From: Ranitomeya imitator
Lineage: Eukaryota
Reading direction: 5' to 3'
NCBI RefSeq assembly: GCF_032444005.1
Contig: NC_091290.1
Span: 133,114,001-133,178,000, forward strand
DNA: 64,000 nucleotides
In this document: positions 1 to 10,345 of the stretch, piece by piece
Position numbering within the stretch: the first letter of the stretch is position 1
Layout: the number at the start of each line of letters is the position of its first letter
Made by a program: the position numbers and the translations under genes
The notes under the pieces: generated by a model
Database searches by the model: none
The model's input: the letters and a program-made list of their open reading frames with translations, nothing else
Told to the model about the DNA's origin: nothing

Positions 1-842
1 GAAACTTTCACAAAGGATAATGCAAGCCATTAGGATTTGGATTTTTATAGTAAGTATACCAGTCTCATCAGGATCAAAAGTTTTATTTAATAATGTATGC
101 AGATTGTAATGTAAAAACTGGAAAAGGGGTTAAAAAAACACTAATAAAAGGGGAGACAGAGGAACAGTATAAAGCAGAATTGTTATTTGATGGTAAACCC
201 AAGGAGTTACTAAATAGCCATTTCTGGAGAGATAACGACTTCTCTTTAAAACCCCAGATCTATGAATACATTTCACTGTTCTGCAAAGTGTTATCTGTGG
301 CGCCATCATTTCTTCTTTCTCTAGTAGTCATTTCCTCTGCAAGAGGTGACATATAAGTGACACCTAATTGTTCGCTCCAGGATGTATCTCGGCATCTTTT
401 GGTCGCATTCTGCTCGAGTTCCACACATTGTTAAAGTCTACAGATCCGGAAGAGAATGTGCACTCCATAAAAAAAAAATAAACTAGGTCAACTAATGTAA
501 CGCTTTTCGAAAGATCCAAACCAAAGTACAGTATCTTTGCTTAAAGTCTTGATAAAAAAAACAAACAAATTTTTTGTTTTCAGTGTACAATTATAATCAG
601 ATCCATAAGTGTTAGTGGTTACAGAGGGGGCACAAGAAATCACCGAACTGACGCCAATCCGGAAGACGACTGTTTTCTTATTTTTTAACTATTGAGAAGT
701 AAATAAAAGCTGTTGCTAAGTTGTTTCATTTTTTTTGTTTTCGATTTTTAGATACATTAAAGCAATAAAATGTATCTCACAGAGGAAGTAAATATGGACA
801 GAATATCTAAAGCTCCAGAAAAAGGAAAAAAAATAAAAATAC

Positions 843-1051
843 CTTTGCTTTAGACTTTTGCAAAGCTGGAGCCAGAGTGTTGCTCGGAAGGTGAGTGGTG
901 ATGACTCTGGGACCTTCTCCGTCCTTTAGGGTTTCCTTGAAGTACGTGTGCTCCAGCCATGGAGCGCGCATCCAGTTAGGCACAGAAGTCGCAATCTCTG
1001 GATCCCCTTGGCTGTAGATAAGCGTTAGGATCTCTTGCATCCATGTGGTTC
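843..1051 (-). CDS. SULT5A1: Sulfotransferase coding exon 2 (209 nt)
   Basis: TATAG|GA ACC ACA TGG ATG ... GCA AAG|GT; the phase matches exon 1. Confidence 0.92.
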
Positions 1052-4000
1052 CTATAAGATTGACTTGAGATCAGATATCTTCTCATATGGACTACACTAG
1101 TTTTTGCGTAGCGTGACATTTTAATATGCTTTTCCTTACAGCAGTGCACTATGCTATTTGAAGTCACACATTGCCTAAAGGAAGTAGGATGTAAAGATGA
1201 TGCTCCCCGTATCCGTAAACTGTTGATCCCCAAATATTCTGCATTGACATTAAATTTTGGCTGCCTACTGCTACCACTAGGGGGAGCTTCAGAGCTTACT
1301 GCATCCTAAAAATGTGCATTAAGCTCCCCCTAGTGGTAGATGAGAACGGACACAATTTTATTTGATATCTTTCACATTTGTGCATATTTGGATTCTGTAT
1401 CAAAAACGTTTGATAAGTAACAGACAACTCTCACTTTCTTTTTTTTTAAAGACTTGCTTAACAAAATGATCCCCAAGTTACCTCCTGCTGAAAACTCGGC
1501 AAGGAAACCTGTTCATTGTCCCTGCAGAGGAAGAAACTAAGCAATGGCCATATAAAGCGGATCCATTCAACCAGGTTTCACATTTCAAGGCTGGTGTACT
1601 TACTATGAAAATCCAGAAAGGCTTAATAATTAGTGATGAGCGAGTGTGCTCGTTGCTCGGGTGACCTCTGAGTATTTGTTATAGCTCAGGGATATAGTTT
1701 TCATCGCCTCAGTTGCATGATTTACGGCTCCCAGAAAAGCTGAATACATGTGGGAATTCCCTAACAAACAGGCATTCCTCACATGTATTCAGCGTATCTG
1801 GCAGCCGAAAATCATACAACTGAGGCAATGAAAACTATATCTCCGAGCAATAACAAATACTCGGAGGTCACCCGAGCAACGAGTACACTCGCTCATCACT
1901 ATTAATAATCTATTTTTTTCTCCTCAATATTAAAAAAGATCAATCTGAACTCATAAAAATGCTAATTTTATTATTAGGGAGGGAAACTTTCAAAAAATTA
2001 ACTTTACAGCCATTTTGACATTGATTTTCAAAGTAAGTACACCAGCCTCATCAAGAGATTTATTTAATATGTGCGCAATTTTTATTGTGAAATCGGATGA
2101 AACATCCACTCTGTTCTCTGGCCAGGAGGTGAGGGTCCTATATGGGGGGTCTCCTTCCTTTTATTTAGAATTACCTAATAGGGTTTATGTGTTTTCTAAA
2201 CTAGACAACTCCCTTAAAGAACAAAATGGTATTTACTTAGACACATGCAGGGAGAAGTGGACATTGACTTGTCCCTACTTATTTACTTTAGGACCCTTCT
2301 CTGTTTGCATTTTTCTCATTTCTTTAATTTTTTTTTTTTTTTTAAAGTGGGGGAAGTGCAAGTGTGAGCGGAAACCTTTAGCATGGTGCATGTCAGACCG
2401 TCTGGTTTTACACTTGTGAAATTCAGTATAGAAGGTACGAGGCATCTCCGATGTGCCGATATACTGGAGTTTGTTCTGTGATAGTGTCCTGGATGACCAT
2501 GTGGATGGGGAACATCACATTATACCCAGCATTAAAGTTATCACAGTGACCCTCCAAAGCTGGCAGATCGGTGGGGTCCGATTGTTAGGACAGCCACCAG
2601 CCCTGAGAACGGGGCTCGGAGATGCCCTGACAGAATGGAGAGATGGTCGCGCACGACTATGCCACTGAAGGAATTTAGTAGTGTGCCGATCATACATGTC
2701 AGAGGGTCGCAAGAGATAGGGAGCAAGTCCTTTCCAGAATCAATGGGTCCTGGTTCTGGATCTAAAAAGGATAAATGGTGAAATGTGCTACCTGGTTGAG
2801 TCAGGCCGGCGTAAGTATCTGCTTTCGCTAATAGGGTCTCATTTAGGGGTCTCTATGATGTGCATGAAACAACACTTTAAGGGCGTCAATCACATCGCAG
2901 TGCTCGGACTGGCCGGCGGCTCTCCTCACCAGAGTGTGATACGTGAGCCGCCGGCCAGTCCGTGATAGTCGTCCGTGTCTTACGGCCGTCAGACTAAGAT
3001 GACATAAAAGTAGATGTGATCATGGAAACCTCCAAGGTTAATTATCTTCATTCTTTAAGGAAAATGCAAGTTTCCACCTGCAGACTACAGACTGCCCTAA
3101 CCTTGGCTGTAGTCTGTAGCCGAAAAACCAAAGGAAGGGTTAGTCTTTTCTTTATATTATTGCGTCCCTACTAGTATATTCTCCAGCAAGGATAGTCTTA
3201 TGTAATGGGAGTGAAATTAATGAGTAAGTGTTCTTCTACAATCGACCTTGGGCAATGTGCGATTCCCAAGAAGTGACGCACAAGCACGTACATGTTCTAC
3301 ACCTCGCTGCTGAGTCAGTGTATCTGCAGCCAGTCCTCACACGCCTCTGGAGCCGGGATTTATTTAGGGCCAGGAACCCCAATTTTAGTGTTACACATTC
3401 ACATATTTTGCACAAGCCTCACTTTCTGCATTTTTCACCCCCCTTTGATACTTTTCAGATTGATAGATTTATTATAATTTACTCTGGGAACGCTGGTCTT
3501 CATAAATATCCCCCAACATCCTTATCTTTAGCAGAGCAACGGCAAATCTGACCCCTGAGAGCCGAGACCCCCAATCCACAGAGGGCAGAGTGCTCCCTTT
3601 TTTCCACGTCTCTAGACCCTCTGTGAATATTAAAGGGTTATTCCTCCAAAAAAAATGAATCTAATCATCTCCTATCCGCTGGATAGGAAAGAAGTTGTTG
3701 ATCGCTGGGACCTTCAGCAATCTCTAGAGTGGGGCTCTTCAGCCTCCGCTCCATTCATTGTCCATGGGACTGTTTACGACAGTCCCATGGACAATAAATA
3801 GAGCACCTCTGCTCCATACAGCCCAGTCCTCCGATTCTGGGGATTGTTGGAACCCCAGCCACCGGTAACGATAGAGGATAACTATATTTTCGGGTGGTAA
3901 TAACTGCAGGACGGGAATGGGGTTGTACCGCGACCTCAATAGTACCAAGAATAGCAATTAGATTATTCGATTTATTCTACGGATTATCACTGCCGATTTA

Positions 4001-4403
4001 ACTCCTTGCATAGGGTATGCACGATATAATGATTTTTAAGTGTTTTTTTTATTATTATTTGGGAAAACCTTTAGTACAAAAATCCCTTAAAACAGCCGGA
4101 GGATTGTAACTAGACCAGGGCAAAGGCTGAGTCATCTACCTAAATATCTTTACCACCCGGTCCCCACCTCTTGCCCAAACTTTTCCATTCTGAGTATTGC
4201 ACTTTATGCATTTATTCCCTCTTCTTTACATAACATATAGGTAAAATTTACGTGCCATTCCTACCTGACTTGGGGTAGGTAACGATCACCACGTCTCCCG
4301 CCCTGAACTCGAAATCCTGGGCGTACTGCAAGGACTGTGGGGTGTGCAGATGCCCCGGTAGTTGGACCCCAGCAAATTCTTCTGTGACATCCATCCTGTC
4401 CAT
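843..4403 (-). CDS. SULT5A1: Cytosolic sulfotransferase, 5' part (coding exons 4265-4403 and 843-1051; the gene continues beyond the window start). SULT5A1-like by synteny
   Basis: The spliced translation is MDRMDVTEEFAGVQLPGHLHTPQSLQYAQDFEFRAGDVVIVTYPKSG/TTWMQEILTLIYSQGD...RAPWLE...PRVITTHLP...KSKAK, which includes the 5'-PSB loop TYPKSGTTW. Introns are GT-AG. The family assignment is certain. The symbol rests on adjacency to DPEP1 as in mouse (Sult5a1-Dpep1-Chmp1a), which is recalled knowledge and was not searched. Confidence 0.75.
1631..1901. mobile_element. hAT-type fold-back MITE
   Basis: A near-perfect palindrome TAGTGATGAGCG...CGCTCATCACTA, flanked by an exact 8-bp TSD TTAATAAT (1623-1630 and 1902-1909). 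Confidence 0.85.
4265..4403 (-). CDS. SULT5A1: Sulfotransferase coding exon 1
   Basis: Pyrimidine tract and AG at 4410-4409; ATG at 4403 (second in-frame ATG at 4394); ends ...TYPKS G|GTAG; phase 1. Confidence 0.9.
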
Positions 4404-4884
4404 AGTGACTGGAGGAGGAAGAGCGAAGCTTTACATAGGAAATGCATTACATTCTTGCATTATTTTTACTTCCTACCTTTTGTACTCAATATGTTTTCTG
4501 CTTCCTTTTTAGAAAAGTTTAAGCAACTTCTGTGTCTGCCAACGTCAGGAAGCGGTTTCGCCTCTCCTAGTTGGACTACGGCCAGCAGATTGTGTAGGGT
4601 CTTGGTAAATGGAAGTCATCAGGGTCCTGGGGGGGAGTGCTGCAAAATGCTCCAACGTAAACACTCTCACTGCCTCCTTGTGACGTAAGCACTAGTTCGT
4701 CCTTCTTCTTTTACACCCTCACGTGTCCCTTTTTGGAATTACCGTAATACATTTCTCCATTCATTGTCTGATTGCACCAAAACCTTTTATTCCTGATTTT
4801 TTTTTTCTTATTTGAAGTTTAGAAGTTTGTACTTTAAGTCTCGTCGTAATGTGATGGATCAAATCTTTGCACCCAGAAACATAA

Positions 4885-5290
4885 GACTATGTTCACATGG
4901 TGCGTTTTTTTTTTAAACTTTTTTTTTTTTACTGCATTTTTATTTTCGGCTGCTTTTTACAGCACCAACAAAATCTGAGATTTCAGAAACCTCGGGTTTT
5001 CTTTTACCTGACCGAATTTTGAGAACTGTAACATGTTTTTTCTTAAATCTGCAGCATATTAATTTTTTTTTTTTTTTCACCCATGAGAAAGTGAAAAACG
5101 CAGGAACGGTATTTTTTTTTAAGGTGTTTTTTGCAGCATTTTTGGTAAATAAAACTAATTTTTATTAAACATGTGCTATACAGAAAGCACAGATGTAATC
5201 CGCACCTAAAAAAAAATGCTGAAAAACTTGTTTTTAATGACGAGAGAGCAAAAAAAAATCACAGCAAAATCGCTGCATGTGAACATAGCC
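4885..5290. mobile_element. PIF/Harbinger-type MITE (degenerate)
   Basis: Termini GACTATGTTCACATG...CATGTGAACATAGCC, with TAA on the left flank. Confidence 0.65.
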
Positions 5291-5493
5291 CAAGGATATT
5301 CTCACATATTTTGTATTCAGTGCAAATTTTTCCACTGCAAAGCTGCAGTTTTTCTGCAACGGCGTAGTTACACGTTCCATGTATATTTTGTTGTGGTATT
5401 CCTTGCAATTTTGGAGCAGTATTCACACTTTCCGTCGCAGAGGGGTTAAATCTTTGCTGATTCTGCATAAAGAATTGCCATGCTAAAAATGTA

Positions 5494-5887
5494 AAGGGAA
5501 TCTGTCACCAAGATTTTTTCCACCTCATCTGAGAGCATCACAAAGTAGGAAAAGAGACTCTGATTCCAGTGATGTGTCACTTAATTTACTGGGTGCAGCA
5601 GTTGTGAGACAGAGTTTTTAGATGTAGCAGAGCTCAGAAAGCTAACCGCGCCTACACCACAGCTTTTTGTGTATATTGTCTATTGACAGCGAGCTGCTTA
5701 TCAGAGGGGGCGTGGTCGGACCAGGACTCATGTGCACTGTGGTCAATGATAATATCCTAGTCATGAAACCTTCATTGTTAGTAATTAACAGCATAATAAA
5801 TGACGCATGGTTGAAATCTGTGTTTCAGCCTCTATCGCCTGCTGTCTTCAGATTACATGGCAAAAATCTGCTGACATATTCCCGTTA
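5494..5887. mobile_element. Kolobok/T2-type MITE
   Basis: Termini AAAGGGAATCTGTCA...TGACATATTCCCGTTAA, the same family as 35132-35459. Confidence 0.6.
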
Positions 5888-7258
5888 AGGCTGGACTCAC
5901 AGTAGTATATGGCATCGGATGTGATACGCTAAAGACGGTCATCTCCAGCTCTGCTGCGAGCGTCAGCCAAGTGTCAGTGCATTGTGCTCCAAGAAACGCA
6001 GCACAGGTGTGGAGGAGACGGAGAAATTAATCTCTCCATCTCCTCTATTGAATGTACAGTCTTTTTTTCACACCATTAAATCATGAAGAAAACTAAACAT
6101 TTGCAAACTCCCCCCCCCCCCAAACAAAATGTCTTGGGGTATTTTAATCCCATTCCGATGTTGGGTGTAATAATACACCCACGTCGGACTCCCCCTGTTT
6201 GGTGCATGCTCCTGCGCTGAACCCACACTTTTCCAAGCACATGTCAGCTGATCCATACAGCTGACATGTGCCTGCAACAACCACAGGTATAATTTAACTC
6301 GCGCTTACCTGAAGCTCGTCCATCAACCCGCCCACCGGTGACCCTCGTCAAATGATTGTGGGTCAGCATGATCACCAGCGGTCTCCAGCAGACCGCTATG
6401 GGAGTCATAGCCAGATTGCTATGAGCGCCACCCGGTGGTCAGCGCTCATAGCAAGTTAGCATTTCTGCTACATACAAGCGATTTGATCATTGCCTGTATG
6501 TAGCTGACGCGATCGAAGTATTGCAACTTCTAGTCTCCCATGGAGACACTTGAAACATGCAAAAAGTACAAAAATATATATATATATATTTTTTTTTAAA
6601 TATTACAAAACTAAAAAAAATATAGAAGTTAAAATCACCCCCCTTTCGCCCCATTCAAAATAAAAAAAAACATGCACATATTTGGTGTTTTTTTTCCCCC
6701 CCATTTTCCAGTACATGATATGTTAAAACCAATGGTGATGTTCAAAAGTACAACTCGTCGAGGAAAAAAAACAAGCCCTCACATGGCCATATTGACCGAA
6801 AAATAAAAAAAAGTTACGACTCTGGGAAGAAGGGGAGCAAAAAAAAGGAAAACGTAAAACCAAAAATACCTCCAGTGGTGAAGGGGTTAAAACAAGTGGC
6901 ACATCCAAAACCAGTCACAACTGGTATACAGTACAACAAAAAATGTATTTAGTAGAAGCATATAGCATGACAAAACATTTATCATTTAAAATACGCACAA
7001 CTGAAAAAAAAAATTTGATGGAAGCAGCGCCCCCTAAATAAGTGATACATTAGGCACAATGTGTACAAATAAGTAAGGCAATAAATATAAAGAAGATTAA
7101 ACCATGGTAGCAAAATGAGAAAAACAAGACTAGATGAAGCAATACCCAGATCCTCGATCCGCGAAAATCTGCCAACATGTGAGACTATAGTACGTGTTCC
7201 ACCTGTCTGAATGAGGCCTTACTTAAAACTTTTTGGGCCTATGGTCAAGTCTGTATAA

Positions 7259-8043
7259 GGCTGGTTTCACATTTGCGTTTAAAAACGCAGCGTTTTAAAC
7301 GCAAACGCATGTGGTGAAAAAAAATGCTTGTAAACGCGTTTTTTTAGACACGTGTGTTTGCATGTGTTAAAACAAACGCGGCGTTTTGACGCGTTTGCGT
7401 TTTTGAAACGCATGATGAGAAGTGTGTGACAGCTGCCAATCCTCAAAATCAACTAGAAAACCCACTATAAACAGAAATAGCTAGGGTTAGGGTTAGGATC
7501 CCTAGTAAACCTAGGGATCCTAACCCTAACCCTAGGGATCCTAACCCTAACCCTAGGGATCCTAACCCTAACCCTAGGGACCCTAACCCTAACTCTAACC
7601 CTAACCCTAGGGATCCTAACCCTAACCCTAGGGATCCTAACCCTAACCCTAGCTATTTCTGTTTATAGTGGGTTTTCTAGTTGATTTTGAGGATTGGCAG
7701 CTGTCACACACTTCTCATCATGCGTTTCAAAAACGCAAACGCAGGAAAAAATGCATGTAAACGCATGTGCTTAAAAACGCATGCGTTTACATAGACAGCA
7801 ATACTTTTTTTACCACAAAAAAAACGCATGCGTTTTTTTGCGGCAAAAAAACGCCGCTAGAGATTACTACATGTTGCATTTCTGCAACAAAACGCAAGCA
7901 TAGAAACGACGCATGCGTCGGCAAAACGCGGCAAAACGCATGCAAAAAACGCATGCGTTTTTAATGTTAAGTATAGGGAAAAAAACACATGCGTTTTTTT
8001 GCGCTAAAACGCAGCGGCAAAAAACGCATATGTGAAACCAGCC
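7259..8043. mobile_element. PIF/Harbinger-type fold-back MITE with a central telomere-like array
   Basis: TIR GGCTGGTTTCACAT...ATGTGAAACCAGCC with TAA TSD on both sides; long inverted arms. Confidence 0.85.
7480..7655. repeat. Interstitial telomere-like repeat (TTAGGG/CCCTAA) organised as 21-bp CCTAGGGATCCTAACCCTAAC units
   Basis: Read directly from the sequence; it lies at the symmetry centre of the MITE. Confidence 0.85.
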
Positions 8044-9219
8044 TAAGAACTTTTTGGGTAAAGTCCCAGTGCGGCTAAGACCAACTGCTGATGATCACAA
8101 ATGAATGAGTGATCCTGGAGGTAGCGCCTGGAGTGTTACCGCAAACCTGTGCGCGCCCATTAGCTCCCTCTAGAGGAAGTATAGTTCTACTGATTGGCTT
8201 AAACTTAGGACACTTGCACTCTGGCAACTCAATGCATTGTACTGGACTCTGCATCTGAAGCAGTAAAGCCAGCGAGTAGCGCTGCAATGAATCCCAGCAT
8301 AGTCCTTGCCATATACAAAATCTATTCTGTAGAGCGAATGTGTCTGGATAAGTTTGGAGCCCGGGGTGATAAGATGGTATCTGCAGTGCGGACATGAAGG
8401 AATTTGGAGTTTTTTTTTTCATCTGCACACATTCCTATACTGCGATCATCCCTGCGCGGCTGCACTGCACAGGATGGAGACGTGCAGGCTTTCTTATGTT
8501 CTTTCTTACAACGTTTTTCAAAAATATTTTACAATTAGTTTTTTCCAACACACGTATAGACAAGCGATCGGACTAGACGCGATGTAAGATGCAACCTTGC
8601 GCATTTGCGAACAAACCTCCCACTCAGCGAGGAACTCCCTAAACTTTTTTCATTTTATGAAGTTCACTCTTAAAAACATCTAAAAAAAAAAAAAGACTTC
8701 CAGTATTATCCAATTACACCCCGGCGCCGACTTCTATCTTTAGACTAAAGAATAAACATGGAAAAAAGGAGTGAGTCATGGGAGACTAAGCAACTTTTGG
8801 AAAGTTTGGTAATGCTAGGAGTAGTAGTTCCACAAGGGATGAGGGACACGGGTTGCCGGTCACTGGGGTCAATGGAAAACTACAGGTCCTTCTCAAAAAA
8901 TTAGCATATAGTGTTAAATTTCATTATTTACCATAATGTAATGATTACAATTAAACTTTCATATATTATAGATTCATTATCCACCAACTGAAATTTGTCA
9001 GGTCTTTTATTGTTTTAATACTGATGATTTTGGCATACAACTCCTGATAACCCAAAAAACCTGTCTCAATAAATTAGCATATCAAGGAAAGGTTCTCTAA
9101 ACGACCTATTACCCTAATCTTCTGAATCAACTAATTAACTCTAAACACATGCAAAAGATACCTGAGGCTTTTATAAACTCCCTGCCTGGTTCATTACTCA
9201 AAACCCCCATCATGGGTAA

Positions 9220-9558
9220 GGCTAGGTTCACACTAGCGTTGCGCCGCCCTGCGTCGGCGACGCAACGCGCGACGCACGTAAAAACGCGCGCAAACGCGCG
9301 CAAAAACGCGCGCGTTTTGCGACGCGTGCGTCGTTTTTGACGAAAATCGGACGCACAGAAAATGCTACAATGTAGCGTTTTCTTGCGTCCGAAGCTAGCG
9401 TCGGAAACGACGCACGTGGCAAAAACGCCACCAAAACAACGCACGCGTCCCCTATGTTAAACATAGGGGCGCGTCGCCGCTGCGTCGCCGCTGCGTCGCC
9501 GCTGCGTCGCCGGCGCAACAGCGACGCACATTGGCGGAACGCCAATGTGAACGTAGCC
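9220..9558. mobile_element. PIF/Harbinger MITE nested in the Tc1 transposase
   Basis: GGCTAGGTTCACA...TGTGAACGTAGCC with TAA TSD; same family as 44732-45015. Confidence 0.88.
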
Positions 9559-9621
9559 TAAGACTAGCGACCTGACAGATGTCAAGAAGGCCATCATTGA
9601 CACCCTCAAGCAAGAGGGTAA

Positions 9622-10345
9622 AGGTACTGTCACACTAGACGATATCGCTAGCGATCCGTGACGTTGCAGCGTCCTCGCTAGCGATATCGTCCAGTGTGAC
9701 AGGCAGCAGCGATCAGGCCCCTGCTGGGAGATCGCTGGTCGGGGAAGAAAGTCCAGAACTTTATTTCGTCGCTGGACTCCCCGTAGACATCGCTGAATCG
9801 GCGTGTGTGACACCGATTCAGCGATGTCTTTGCTGGTAACCAGGGTAAACATCGGGTAACTAAGCGCAGGGCCGCGCTTAGTAACCCGATGTTTACCCTG
9901 GTTACCATCCTAAAAGTAAAAAAACAAACACTACATACTTACCTAACGCTCTCTGTCCTCCAGCGCTGTGCTCTGCACTCCTCCTGCTCTGGCTGTGAGC
10001 GTCGGTCAGCCGGAAAGCAGAGCGGTGACGTCACCGCTCTGCTTTCTGGCTGCCCGGCGCTCACAGCCAGACCAGAGATGCAGAGCGCCGAGGACAGACA
10101 GCGGAAGGTAAGTATGTAGCGTTTGTTTTTTTACTTTTTAGGATGGTAACCAGGGTAAACATCGGGTTACTAAGCGCGGCCATGCGCTTAGTTACCCGAT
10201 GTTTACCCTGGTTACCGGGGACCTCGGGATCGTTGGTCGCTGGAGAGCGGTCTGTGTGACAGCTCTCCAGCGACCAAACAGCGACGCTGCAGCGATCCGG
10301 ATCGTTGTCGGTATCGCTGCAGCGTCGCTATGTGTGACGGTACCT
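9622..10345. mobile_element. PIF/Harbinger MITE nested in the Tc1 transposase
   Basis: TAA|AGGTACTGTCACAC...GTGTGACGGTACCT|TTA. Each arm carries an internal ~70-bp perfect hairpin (~9835-9905 and ~10145-10215). Confidence 0.88.

Noticed and set aside
7480-7655. A true telomere or chromosome fusion site
   Set aside because: The array is short and embedded in a MITE with intact TIRs and a TAA TSD.
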